DNA of 63,021 bases, filler included, from Octopus bimaculoides (taxonomy: Eukaryota), in NCBI RefSeq assembly GCF_001194135.2. It is 3 parts of 3 records of this genome, joined end to end, with 100 filler letters (N's around TTAATTAATTAA, not from the genome) between each part and the next. Parts side by side here need not be neighbours in the genome. Positions count along the whole stretch, not along the records: positions 29,053 to 60,396 come from NC_068999.1; 2 more parts are not named here. One strand, written 5' to 3'. Under the pieces are notes generated by a model. That model made no database searches. It saw nothing but the letters and a program-made list of their open reading frames with translations, and was not told where the DNA came from. Shown piece after piece: positions 37,501 through 51,289 of the stretch; positions within the stretch are counted from its first letter, which is position 1, and each line of letters begins with the position of its first letter. Made by a program: the position numbers and the translations under genes.

Positions 37501-39195
37501 TTTATTTTTAATTTAATCGAGCATTTGAATACAGTTCCATTCGTGTAGGATACCAGGTATCTTAATTGCGTTCTTATGTGGTCAGCTGAAGTGAATTCAT
37601 TTCCATGATGTCAAGTACAACACTTTCTTACATGAAAATAATTTTAAATTCAGATTTATCGGTAAAATTTTAACTAGTTCAGTTCCGATTCTCCATTCTA
37701 GCAATTTCGCAGCACTTACACTGCTAATGGTCTTGCAACTGACATAGTTAACATAAAAATATTTCAGTGTGGTTCGGTTCGTCAATAAGAATTCAATCGC
37801 CGTATACACTCATCACAAATGTACTTATAAAAGTTTTATTTTGCAGTAGTGAGAAAATATGATTGATATGAAATTTCAAAGTTACTGGTCTCAAATGTGT
37901 GGCAGTAGATACGTACGTCATAAGTTCGTATATCATGTTGTGATAAGTATTAAATGCGTTTGTTTTTGGCCTTTTTCAAACTGTAGTTAAGGCTGGAATG
38001 TAATTCGCCTTTATCGGCCTGACCTACATAGCGTTGCTTCTCTGCTTCTAGACACATGGAGAGTAATCTCAAAATAACCGGGTCGTATAACAGAAATCAA
38101 TTGATCATGGGATCTGCAATTACTCCCTTTATTTTTCGATATTAACTATACTATATTTGTTCTCATTATCGTCATTTAATTTTCATACAGATTGAACATC
38201 GTAACTGTCTACCTATCTGAAATTTGGCTGGCTAATTGTCCATCTTACGAAAATCATACTTTACTCCGGAAAATGTTGACATGAATTTGCAACAAACGAA
38301 CCCGGTTTAAACACTGAATCTTTCGTTACATATTTTTTTACATAATGAATATACGTTCCTTGTATTGGAATGCCAGCCCAAGAGAGTTGATGATATGATA
38401 AATGGCAAAATATACAATTTTCAAAGCAATATACATGTAATAACATGGACATGTTGACTGTTTCAAATATTGCATGTCTGTCAGTGCATACACACTTAAT
38501 ATAAATGTTGTGTTTAAATTTTCATATTTTCCACTTACATTTGTGTGACGAAGGAAAACTGGTTAGCAAGAGGCAAACATGTCTTTGAATATGCTGAAAC
38601 ATTTGTATTTCTCGAATGATAAACGATGCCTCCCGTCTAGGAATTATGCAACATATACATTTTTAATAATTCCTTAATATGGAAATAGTTATCCACATTC
38701 TCATTATCTATTTTCTGCACGTATATTTTGAATTATGTAATATGAAGCATGTTCATATTTTGTAAACAATTAGCATTGTATAATAGATGTATTTTTCCGT
38801 TTTATTCCCAAATTAAAATTCAAATAATTACATTAATTATATAAAAGATCTGTTCGCAAATGAAATATTAACACAATTCTTTTAAATGTATCTTTTATAA
38901 TAGTAAAACAGGTGATACTAATGAAATAAATTGATAAATACAAGCATATATGCATATGTCCGTATCTGTGTGTATGTGTCTATGTATCTATACAATATAT
39001 ACACTCATATATGAAATGTGTTCGTAAGGACTTAAATGTGTATATGTGTGTATCTTACGTAACATTGTGTAGGAAAAAGTATGTTTAATATTGCTTTTAT
39101 ATTGCTTTAGATCTTTAATATTGCTTGTTTTTTTTTATTAAATCTCAGAAAAATACATCTTGATGAATTATTTTTCGTCAATATTAAATTTATCT

Positions 39196-39409
39196 AAGGC
39201 GGTGAGGTTGCAGAAACGTTAACAAGCCGAGCAAACTGCTTAGCGGTATTTCGTCTGTTTTAATGTTCTGAGCTCAAATTCCACCGTGTTGGACTTAGCC
39301 TTTCATCCTTTCGGGGTCGATAAATTAAGTACCATTTGCGTACTGGGGTCGAAGTAATCGACTGATCCTCTCCCCCAGAATTTCGGGACTTGTGCCTAGA
39401 TTAGAAAAT
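39196..39409 (+). mobile_element. Full-length SINE family A copy with 16-bp TSD
   Basis: The TSD AATATTAAATTTATCT lies at 39180-39195 and 39410-39425. A and B boxes and an intact GCCTTTCATCCTTTCGGGGTCGATAAATTAAGTACC core are present. Confidence 0.92.
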
Positions 39410-41295
39410 AATATTAAATTTATCTGGAGCGCTTTTGAATAGCATTTGGTCATTATCGCATAACAATCTGGGTTTGAATAATCTACAGCTGAGCATTAAT
39501 TTGGTGGTGTTGTCAGAAACTGTCATTAAATAAACAACTGTTTAGCTTTATTTTAGTTTTCACGTTAAGTATAATAAATGGGTATTTCATTATTCACCTC
39601 TGTGAATGATGGCTATCGAGACTGCAATTTAATCTTTTTTTCGTGAGCATCGACTGTATTTCACATGAACAATTTAAATTAGTTCATAAGAGAGACAATT
39701 TTCTAGAAGCAAGTTTTAGAAAATGCTGAATGTATGTATATATATATANNNNNNNNNNNNNNNNNNNNNNNNNNNNNNNNNNNNNNNNNNNNNNNNNNNN
39801 NNNNNNNNNNNNNNNNNNNNNNNNNNNNNNNNNNNNNNNNNNNNNNNNNNNNNNNNNNNNNNNNNNNNNNNNNNNNNNNNNNNNNNNNNNNNNNNNNNNN
39901 NNNNNNNNNNNNNNNNNNNNNNNNNNNNNNNNNNNNNNNNNNNNNNNNNNNNNNNNNNNNNNNNNNNNNNNNNNNNNNNNNNNNGTGTGTGTATGTGTGT
40001 GTGTGTGTGTGTGAGTGTGTGTGTGTGTGTGTGTGCGTGCGTGTGTGTGTGTATGTGTGTTTGTGTGTGTGTGTATGTGTGTGAGTATGCCTGCATGCGT
40101 AGTTTGTGATTGTGTGAAAGAGAGAGAATATGTATATGCGGTATCAGAATGAGAGACGTTTTCTAAACATAGACGTATGACTTCTGAGAAGAAATGTTTA
40201 TAGGTTCATTAGCATTATAACAATTATCCAAAATATTTCCACTTATTATCCCTTACATCTTTCTGTTATAAAAACTCATAATACCAATTATTCATATCTC
40301 TAATCTTATCTTATTTTATCTACGATAGTGCTCAACTGCCATTTTGGAAGCCCTTACCTTAATAAATTATAAAATAAGTATATAAACGATTCTGGACATT
40401 ATGTGATAAATGGCAACACACATGTTCATACAATTTTTATATTTGTAACGAAAGCGAAGCATTCGAGTATAGAAAATTAGAAAAAAAGTATTGAATATCT
40501 GAAAGCTAAAAGGAAAAAAAACTTATATTCAGCCATTTTGATTTTAAGGTTTCATGTGAGTTAATATCAAGTTTTATGTTTTCAGACACGAATGAAGATT
40601 GGGAATTACGTTGCTGTAAATGGCATTTTGTCTGAAATTGATAATTTTACTTGTACTTTTGTTCAAATGTCGTATCCAACTGGCCTCCATGGTATTATAA
40701 ATAAATCATAGAAATAACTTACACACTATATTTCATACAGGTAACATCACATTCATATCACTATATGGTGCTGGTAAACAATATATATTATATTGATTTC
40801 AAGTTACTCTGAAGTGTACCACAATAATAAGGTAAACAGTATATACAGAATGGTATTAAATATATATCTTATACTAAAAGAAATGCGAAATGTATTATAC
40901 CAATCCAGAAAATATTTGAAAGTCTGGAAATGAAATACGCAATTTATATAATCTATAAAACAATGATTACCAATAGATCAATAGACACAACTGTATATAC
41001 CCTCATTATTCAATGGCTACATAAATTCATGATTGCCATTCTGAAAGATGCTGGTAGTAGAAATATTAAATTCGATAAGATCGTTTCGAAAATATCGTTG
41101 ATCTAAAAATAACACAGAAGTTATTTACAACATTACAATGCAGCATAGTGAAAATTTCATATGGTGAAATCAGGAGTATAGAATTGAATTGCAGTAGATT
41201 GTCTTTATCCAAGTTAATAACCGAATGAAGATCAGAAAGTACACGAATACAATTAGAGTGCACGGATTTCCTGTATACGGAAATAATAAGAATCA

Positions 41296-41511
41296 TAATA
41301 ATAATAATAATAATAATAATTATAGTCACAAGGCCGGAAATTTGCGGTGAGGAAGTAAGTTCACTACATCGACCCCAATACGTAACTGGTATTTATTTAA
41401 TCGACTCCGAAAGGATGAAAAGCAAAGTTGACCTCGGCGTATTTTGGAACTCAAAACGTAGCACCTGATTAAATAAAGCTAAGGAGTTCTCTCGGCGTGC
41501 TAACGATTCTG
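41296..41511 (-). mobile_element. SINE family A copy with (ATT)n tail
   Basis: CATCGACCCCAATACGTAACTGGTA...CGAAAGGATGAAAAGCAAAGTTGACCTCGGCG...GAACTC...GGCGTGCTAACGATTCTG. Confidence 0.88.
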
Positions 41512-42445
41512 AGTGTTGTTTGTTGTGAAGGTTTTGCGTGTAAACAAGACGAGACGATTATGTATCTATTTTAAGCACATATATTTTGAAATGTATGATA
41601 CGTATAACACACAAAAAAAAACATTCGAGTTATAAGCATGTTTAAATCATTATTAAAGATGTTTTAGTGATAGCTTTGTCACGTTTCACTCCAACGTAGA
41701 GAATTTTTCGCCTTCTCATTAAGTATTGTGTCATGCAGGCAGGCAGAAGTTGCGTAATTATTAAACTTGCTGATATCATCCAAGAATAATATCAATATGA
41801 AACACGTGAAGCATAGCATAAAACTGTATAATGACAATAAAGTCAGACAAAAAGGTTCCTTTTTTCTTTCATTGAACAATAGCTTAATGGTTCGTTGAAA
41901 AGCTATCAATAGGAGGACAATTTATACAAGAATGAGAAAGAGCCCCGACAGAATAACACAAAACCAAATCATTAAAGCAGAATGATCTCAGTTACCTAAG
42001 CAAATACACCGCTGACCTAACTTTAAGATGTGAAAATCCGCTCATTGTTCGATATTTAAAACATTGTGAATTTCCCCAGCTTTCAGTGTTGAACAAGAAT
42101 TATTGCCATCCACGTTACCAGAGATGCGACGTTATCTATAAATAAGTTGTAATATATAAACGTAACCACCACACTTGTTTTACCGAATGTGTTTCTAGAA
42201 TGTGATAGAAATTTTAGAATCCGTAGTTAACAGGCATTATAATCATCTGAATACTCCGAAGTTCCTTTCATTTAGCTGTATTTATATCATTCAAGTTTAA
42301 CGTATTACATATGCCAAGAAATGCATCAAGAGGAAAGATACAAAAACGTATAGAATGTAATGAGCTATATTACAAAGAGCTAATAATTAGTAGTTGTACA
42401 AATGAAGTGTAATACTGGAAAAAAATTATTGCTATTATTATTAAT

Positions 42446-42745
42446 AAGGCGGTGAGCTGACTGAATTGGTAGCACGCTGAATGAAAGGCTTAGTGTTATT
42501 TCGCCTCTCACTACGTGCTGAGTTCAAATTCCGCAGAGGTCGACTTTGCTCTTTATTTTTTTTTTGGTCGATAAATTAAGTACCAGTGAAACACCTGGGT
42601 CGATGTAATCCATTAGTCCCTTCCCAAAGAATCTGAGTCTTGTGCCTGCAGTAGAAAAGTTATTATTATTATTGTTATTAAAGCGGCGAGCTAGCAGGAG
42701 CGTCAGCACACTGGACGAAATGCGTAACGGTATTTCGCCCTTCAC
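42446..42745 (+). mobile_element. SINE family A full copy (42446-42678) plus the 5' part of a second copy (42680-42745)
   Basis: AAGGCGGTGAGCTG...GAGTTCAAATTCCGCAGAGGTCGACTTTGC..., then AAAGCGGCGAGCTAGCAG directly after the (TAT)n tail. Confidence 0.88.
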
Positions 42746-42816
42746 TTCTTTTCTCTTCATCTATCATTACTACTATTTGAAAAATATTTTTTAAATGTAG
42801 TACCTCTGCTTCTCTT

Positions 42817-43135
42817 TCAAACATTTGATTTTGGAGAGAATCTTTTGATGAAGTCTAGCTCCATTGCTTTACGGAATTTTGGGGCATCTCTTGAAGTTCT
42901 GTTAAAGAGAATGAATTTGAACTTTCCTTCATGGCATATTTCTAGATTCTGGGTCAGTGGAATCTCGTGCAATTCCTCTTGTCGGATGTGTTATCTGTGG
43001 AATCTTGCACGTTCGCAGAGGGAATTGTTTCTCTTGCCAATGTAACTGTCCTTGTAGTTGTGGCAAATAATGCGGTACATAGGTTTCTGCGTCTTGCAGT
43101 AAATGTTTGCATTTGCTTTGCACGAGAATCCAGTC
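42817..43135 (-). mobile_element. Penelope-like GIY-YIG endonuclease remnant
   Basis: A minus frame missing from the ORF track because of an internal stop: CKTQKPMYRIICHNYKDSYIGKRNNSLCERARFHR*HIRQEE...FRKAMELDFIKRFSPKSNV*. It shows the GIY-YIG spacing, the conserved R, and an E...FI..F.P..N C-terminus. Confidence 0.8.
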
Positions 43136-43270
43136 TTGTGAGAAAATGTGTTTATTTACAAATATGTTGATAGGTAGACACAAGAAAGGAAGGAAAAGGA
43201 AGATTGCTTCGCAATGAAATTTCAAGGTATTGAACACATCAAATTGAAGACAAAATTCCCTCACTCCCTT

Positions 43271-43303
<33 letters not shown>

Positions 43304-43352
43304 TTATCCGTTTGTCTGTCTGTCTGTTTGTCTGTCTGTCTATCTATCTATA

Positions 43353-43385
<33 letters not shown>

Positions 43386-43397
43386 CTCTCAGTCTAT

Positions 43398-43438
<41 letters not shown>

Positions 43439-43653
43439 NNNNNNNNNNNNNNNNNNNNNNNNNNNNNNNNNNNNNNNNNNNNNNNNNNNNNNNNNNNNNN
43501 NNNNNNNNNNNNNNNNNNNNNNNNNNNNNNNNNNNNNNNNNNNNNNNNNNNNNNNNNNNNNNNNNNNNNNNNNNNNNNNNNNNNNNNNNNNNNNNNNNNN
43601 NNNNNNNNNNNNNNNNNNNNNNNNNNNNNNNNNNNNNNNNNNNNNNNNNNNNN

Positions 43654-43688
<35 letters not shown>

Positions 43689-44979
43689 TTCAGTTTATTT
43701 CTCCCTCTGATTTTCTTTCTCTCACCCAATTTTTCAAAAAAAAAAAACAACATTTTTCTCCTACTCTAATCAAAGCAGAAAAGCCACCAATTTATTTAAA
43801 TGAACAACGAAACGTTCGGCTTTTGCTATTGGTTTTGTCCTGACGTGTTTGATAAAGGAACGAACACACTAATAAAGAATTATCGAAAATGTTCGCTGCC
43901 TCTTTTTCTCAATATAAAATACCTGTACACCATTTCAAACACTATACATATCTTTTCGGAAGTACAAGACGTCAGAATTAATGGATCAGTAACAAACGAA
44001 CAACGGATAGTCACCAAAATCAAGGAAGAACTCTTCGCGGAAATTTCTTGTAAATTCAGTCCACTTACACAAAACTTGATACAATCTTCACCACCATAGA
44101 TAAAACTGTGAATAACATTCACAAACAGCGTACTTTAATAGGAAGAATGAATGGCATAGACCCAACTCATGAACCATACCTATCTAAAAGAAAAAAAATT
44201 ACAAGAAAGACGCAAGCATTCCATGTAACAATACAGCCAATACCTGCCAAGATTAGCGAAGTAAAGGAAACCCAATCCTTCCCAGAAAATTTATTAGTAA
44301 AGAATGAAGAGGTGAATCACTGGGAGAAACGATGATACGGTCAACCTTAGAAGCGGAAATTTCTCTTCTCTAATCATGAAAAATACACGAAGAGAATATC
44401 AAAATAACTGATGCAGTTATGTTTTCGTAAATTACCGAACGAAATCACACTCCAAGTCACAAAAACTTACAACACCTATGTAAAGAAGGCACTAAGCGGG
44501 AAAAAGAAAAATCTATAAAAAATGTGGGAAAAATAAGAGTGGTTCACCTACTATGAAAGAAACTATGAAGAAAAATCTATTATGAAAACGAAACCTCAAC
44601 AACAAAAATACAAAGGAATCGAAGCAAACATAGACACTGAACCCAGAGGAACCAGACTAAGGTATCGAACCTCTAGTTATCCAATAACATGTGCGGAAAT
44701 GACATGAAGCTCACCACCAGTGCAGACTAGAAACCCATATTCTGCAATACTGAAACATAACACTGCAAGAAGTTGGGAAGAAGACAGAAGATAGGAAGAA
44801 GTCAGAACATATAGGCAATGAGATACTTACACAGAACATGAACCATTCCCTCACTTACCAGAGAACCAGAATCCCGGAAAGAACAAAAAATGGAAACACA
44901 GTAATGCAAGTAGATTGATGGGCGGAAATCACATAATCGTGCACCAGACCCGACGCAAGAGAAAATGTTAATGAGTTCA

Positions 44980-45265
44980 CATATAGACCTGAAGATCATG
45001 AATTTGTCAAATAAAAACTTCCACGAGAATGAGACGAATCTCCTATTGAAAGGCTTCAAATTTACCCTGACAGCCACCCCTAATCTCATTGAACAAAAGG
45101 CTAATATCGTGCACTTTAGCCCCCACGTCCAGCTTATAGAAATCTCCGGCAATAAGGATATACATGACGAATCAATTGACAGAAATAAATCTCACTTCAG
45201 CCACTACAAGGGGAATGACAAACATTTAGACGAATATATCGACACGATGGCGAAATTACTCCTAC
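44980..45265 (+). mobile_element. Penelope-like ORF fragment N-terminal to RT
   Basis: IMNLSNKNFHENETNLLLKGFKFTLT...DKHLDEYID matches the Penelope NLS......E..LL.KGLKF motif. Confidence 0.7.
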
Positions 45266-47282
45266 GTACCCGTAAATACATATATATATATGTATATATA
45301 CGAATGCTTATTCGTGGTAGGGTGATTTTTATCATCATGTTGTTTAAGGTGTGGTCTAACTCTGGTTGATGTTTGGGCTTTCAGTTGTAATTGTGATTGT
45401 GTGAATATTAGTTGAATAGGTTATTTAGAGTTGTTTATATTGGTGCTTCGTATTTTCTTCAAGAATGGATATTTTCAAGCTTATCCTGTTTTCGTTTTTT
45501 GTTATGAATTGTTCAGGGCACCTTAAATCATTTAGTTCAGCACTACCAGTTACTGTAACTGTAAACCACTGTAACTCTACTGTGCGCAGGAGACGATGTC
45601 TCTGATGGTTACTCTTTTATTATTTTTTTTTTTATCTATACTGTTATGTTTTCGAGTTTGAGTAGCAATAAATGTGTACCTTTCTCTAAATTCATTTATC
45701 AGTTCAATATTTAATACTATAAGCACTGGAACATTATACGTTATGGAATTTAATATTTCAAAAATGTTATCATGGACCGATGCTTAATACATTCTTTGTT
45801 CCCAATCTAATAAAATAGTATTGATAAAACGATAAAAAATAGAATAAATCATAAGCGGTTTAATCTATATTCTATTAACTCAGTTTTTCTTTAACTACGA
45901 CATTTCTGACCTTCAAAATTCATGTGACATTCTATCGCTTATTTAGTTTACATTTACAAAATTCCTAATGCTTGAAAGCCTGAACACAATGTGTATTGGT
46001 TAATAACAAATTTAGCGACAATCCATTGTCAAACAATTTTAACTTAGAAGAGATGATTTAAAAGTAACGTAATTCATTATATCTCTGCAAAGGAAAGTTC
46101 GTTCGAAGATATAACTTGTCTTGAAATGTCACTGACCACTTTTGGCATCTGAACTGAATCAACTTTTATTTTACCCGAGAGGAACTATTGAACCAAATTG
46201 AAGCTAAACGATGTTTCATATAATCTCCTTTGAAATATAAAATAAATAAATAAATATAATTGACCCTTTTTACTGTTCAGCGATTACCGGGATGAAACGA
46301 ATGGAAAAGAATGATATTAAAAAACATAGTAATACGAAATACCGCAAGCAAAAATAAGACTGAATTTTAATCGAAGATTTATATAACTTCCTTAGAATAG
46401 TTTGGTGCATAATGGTTAATCACCACCTCCCATACAATCAGCATGTCTCTGCAGATGTATTCACCGTACATGTATGTCCGCAGTTCACCTTTGTATTTAT
46501 GTCCTTTTCATGTATTGATTAATTGTGCACTTCATCAACTTTGTTCTCCGATTTAGCTACTGTAAAGAAGATAACAGTTTCCCTATTTATTTCTACTCTG
46601 TGGGTGCCTACAGTGATTTATTCTCGCAGAAAATGAAGAAGTCTATTTTGCATCTATTATTGACAGCAACTTCCATCCATTTCGGAATTCTTCTAGTTTT
46701 TATCAAGCTAGACATGCCAAGAAACCAAACACTACAGGCAATTCTAACATTTGCTGTTTGCAACAATTAGATAACAAAGGCATTGGAGTGGTAACAAAGT
46801 AGTTTGCCTAAACAGAAATTCACTAAGTACCACTACAACAAAGTTTATGGATAAATAATTATTTATAGATGAAACACGCTTTACTTATATTCTACTATAT
46901 ATTGTCTGGCAGTCAAACTTTTATCATTGCGTAAATGACTTGTATGAGTTGGCACACACTTGTTTACATTTTGACAAATAGGCTTACACTACTTTCACTC
47001 AGAATGTCAGGAAGTACACGTAAGCGGATCCTGAGAAATTATTCAGTAGCAACGAAATCCATCAACTTGATTCCACCGAAAACACTTCATAACATCTATT
47101 TTCACAGCGCTTCATCAAAAGCAAAGCAACACATAAATTTATCCCTAACACAATATATATCTATTTAGCTTGATTTCATAACACCCGGTGTTTAAATATT
47201 CACATTAATTTCCAAGAGCATTTCAAACTACTGCACGAAATAGAATAAATAGCTATAATACACTTATTATCACTCATATCTA

Positions 47283-47870
47283 CTAGGTTGAGGAAAAAGT
47301 TCTTGCGTCGTGTTAAGCATTATTTTTTTTTAAATGCTTAACACGGTACACAAACTTTTTCTTCGATTTAATTGCAGTATTGTCAGAGAAACTTGTACAG
47401 ACTATTAAATACAATACAATCGAAAAAATATCTGAAATGTTCGAGTCAATAGCGCAATACGTCTAATGCGCAACCATAGGATTGGGTGCTTTAAATTTAC
47501 ACAGGTATTTGATCTATGCCTTGGTTTCATCGAAAATATCATCAATTAAATCCAAGTGACAACATGCTTTAATCTAGTAAATGAAAGCAACGATATCTGC
47601 TATTGAATAACTTGGTAAAACAGAAGTATGATATTGACAGAATACAAGTTATGTATTCTGCTACAGTGGTGATTCCAACCTCTCTCTTGTTTCTACAATA
47701 TGGCAACATACAGCAGTCGAGCTTCGGATACAAGTGTCTGAAGCTTGCAACGTGGGGATCCAAAATCATTGTGGACAAAATGTTGGAAAACGTGATGTTA
47801 TACCCCAAACAATTGAGCTGCTGAAACGTTGTAGTGATAGTCTGTGTTAAGAAATGTTTGTTCACAACAC
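47283..47870 (-). mobile_element. Possible mariner remnant (TIR plus transposase C-terminus)
   Basis: TA-CTAGGTTGAGGAAAAAGTTCTTGCG resembles mariner TIRs. The minus ORF TTFQQLNCLGY...FRHL resembles T.QKLNELGYE...HLFRHL. Confidence 0.4.
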
Positions 47871-47977
47871 TGCTTTCATTTACATAACGATACCTCTTCT
47901 TCTCGTAAACCGGTAGGTTACAACAGTGCTATCTAGTTACAAAATCATTTTCATTACATATAAAACAGTTTAGTGTG

Positions 47978-48022
<45 letters not shown>

Positions 48023-48853
48023 AGATAGATAGGTATTCAAATACCCATGATTATGCATTCCATCTTCCTGGACGTTAAAATTGTTTGTAAAACATTATTT
48101 CCAATAGCACTGCTGTAAATCAAAATTTATCATGCTCTCAATAGTAATATGTTAATAATATTTGCTTTTGATATAACAGATGCAATTTATATTATAAAAT
48201 GTGTTCCACGTGTTATGTAGTTATACACAGAGAATTAGTTTGAGAAGTAGCTTTCACCAGTAGTACCAGAGAATTTGTATTAAAACGAATAAATACATTG
48301 GATTTATGAAGAGATTTAGATAATCTAAGCAGCAATGTTCGTATGTGTGTAACTAATCTATAGATGCTCGCACGTATTTAATGACACGTACAGAAGATTA
48401 GCAAATATTATGTACGCCCAGCACGGAAGCCACAATTTAGATAATCTATTTAAGACAATTATTAACTCTCAACGATTTATAAACTTTTCTTTCCACGAGT
48501 CTTCTTTTATTCATATACCACCAAATCTAGATAACAAAAACAAACACATACAGTATAGACAAGCAATTAAACGTCTTCAGTTGGGCAATGTGTGAGGACG
48601 TTGTTAATAACTAATGCATTAAGCAACAACGCAAATTACGTAGTGGCATATTTGATGCAAACTCCTCTATTTCTTTATTATGCACAAAATGTTATAACAT
48701 GCAAGTGCTGAAGACTTGTTGCTGCAGTGATTAGAATAGTTAAGTCTTGCTCGCATCCTACAAAATAGATATATGCATGTACATATATACATATGTTTAT
48801 ATGTATATACATATGAGCATACATGTGTGTATATATATATATATATATATATT

Positions 48854-49019
48854 AAGCACAGGAGTAACTGTGTGGTAAGTAGCTTCTTTACCAATCACAT
48901 GGTTTCTGGTTCAGTCCCACTGCGTGGCACCTTGGGCAAGTGTCTTCTACTATAGCCTCGGGCCGACCAAAGCCTTGTAAGTGGATTTGGTAGATCGAAA
49001 CTGAAAGAAGCCCGTCGTA

Positions 49020-49108
<89 letters not shown>

Positions 49109-49316
49109 TGTGTATCTCTGATGCCCCCACCAACATCACTTGACAACCGATGCTGGTGTGTTTAGGTCCCCGTAACTTAGCAGTTCGGCAAAAGAACCGA
49201 TAGAATAAGTACTAGGCTTACAAAGAATAAGACCTGGGATCGATTTGATTCGACTAAAGGCAGTGCTCCAGCATGGCAGCAGTCAAATGACTGAAACAAG
49301 TAAAAGAATAAAGGAA
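48854..49316 (+). mobile_element. Full-length tRNA-derived SINE family B (CORE-like, OR2-type) with internal (TA)n
   Basis: Head GTGTGGTAAGTAGC...GGTTCAGTCCC, CORE-like CACCTTGGGCAAGTG, an internal TA tract at 49019-49102 and a 3' tail ending GAAACAAGTAAAAGAATAAAG. The family name is from recall, not a search. Confidence 0.88.
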
Positions 49317-49775
49317 ATAGACAAATACAATACACACAATTTATTAGCATTATAATATACAATTATACAATAAAAACATATAATATAAAATAAATAATTA
49401 AAACAAATTGTAGGATATATATTTGTTTTAATTATTTGTTGTCATAGTATATTTCTTTATAGTATAATTATATTATATTATATATTTTTATAATATAATT
49501 ATATGTTATTACAATGTTAATAAATGTATATGTCAATTGTATTTCTGTATTTCCTTTAACATTTATATATTGAAATTATATCAGTTTAATTTATGATTAA
49601 TTTCTCTACTAAACTGAAGAACTAGCGAAAATTGGATGTTTTCCATCCGTTTGAAAGAAATTCTTGTTTCGTTGGATTGAATAATAATCTTATATATATA
49701 TACAATACAACTGCTTGCTGTTCATACACACCTGTCTTCATCTTTTTTTTTTCTGTGAAGTTCAACTCTCTCTCA

Positions 49776-49827
<52 letters not shown>

Positions 49828-51289
49828 NNNNNNNNNNATGGAAATGTATATATACATATATAAATATACACATATATGTATATGTTTATATATGTAAATA
49901 CATTTATGTTTGTGTGTGTGTGTGTGTGCGTGTGCGTGTGCGCATCAATGTATTTCAATTCAAAACGCGTTTCTTGTAGAAACTTATTAAACATTACGTT
50001 ATCGAACATATTTCGCATATTAGGAATCAAAGATTTTGCATGAAATGAAATGAAATTTTTATGAGCGCATAAAAGTTATTCATTTCTTATGGAATTACTC
50101 ATGGAATTTTGGTTATATTGTTCTATGCGTCGTCTATACAATACCATTTAGAAACGAAATGAGTAGCCATATTAAGCAGTTTCTAAAATTTGATTAACTA
50201 AGACCGATCTTTGAAATAACTTGGTAAATATTTGATTAGTATCCTGTGGAAAATCTAACCGATTGCTGTTAGAAAATCAATTATATTTAAAAAATACTTA
50301 GTTGCTGCTATTTCTATTTAATGATTTATAATTTTGAATATTTATTGAATATTGGATATTCAAGCTTGGGGTGGCTTTAATCGTTGAGATTATAAAATAT
50401 TTAATGTTTTATTTTATATTTTAGTCAGGATGGAATCCAATAGCCATGACCTGTCAGCTTCTGAGTGGAAACTGAGTCTGAATATTACAACAGTGTTGAC
50501 TCGGAAGGAGTTTATATGAAATGTTAGGTGGAATATTAAAGGAGACAAGGATTTTATGTTGCTATTCAATTAGGCCATAGCAGTTTTTAACTCAGATTCA
50601 GAAAAAATATTACAATGCTACCGGTTTAACATCCTTGACTTCGGCATATCTTGCTGCCCATATAGTTTTCATCCGGAAATGATATTATGAAAATCCAATA
50701 TGGCATTGAGAGGATTTAAACCCAGTATATTGTGAGAATCTTTGCAAATGCAGTGAAGCATTTTACGTAGCAGTCTTACGATTCTTTTCGTTGTTCTATT
50801 ACCAAAATTTACTATTCAATTTTTTTTTAGTAGAAGTCAATCAAGTGACATTTTAGATTTCTTTCAGTTGATGTTAGATAGCACTGAAAATGTTAGTAAT
50901 TCAAGGAGAAACGCATTATCGTTGCTATTGTTGTCGCTGTCATCATCCGTGTTTTGCTCTTTGGAATTGGCTCAAATAAGTTACAGCGGCCATGCAAAGA
51001 CATTTACATGAAATATACAATATGTTCTTTGTAGAAACCGTAGAACACGAAGACAGACAGAAATTATATAATATTTCATTATGTTTCAAACGTGTAGAAT
51101 TTCATGTCTGTTTCTATGGCAGATGGAATAGTTCCAGAAATTGCACATGGTAAATAGTTGCTGGAGGCGGACTATGTTTTTCGGTTTGTATTACAGTTAA
51201 TGTGGAAACAAACATTTTACATAATTTTACTGACGTAAAATCACAAACATTTGGACAGGATTCAATTATCATATGTTCGAGAAAGTTAC

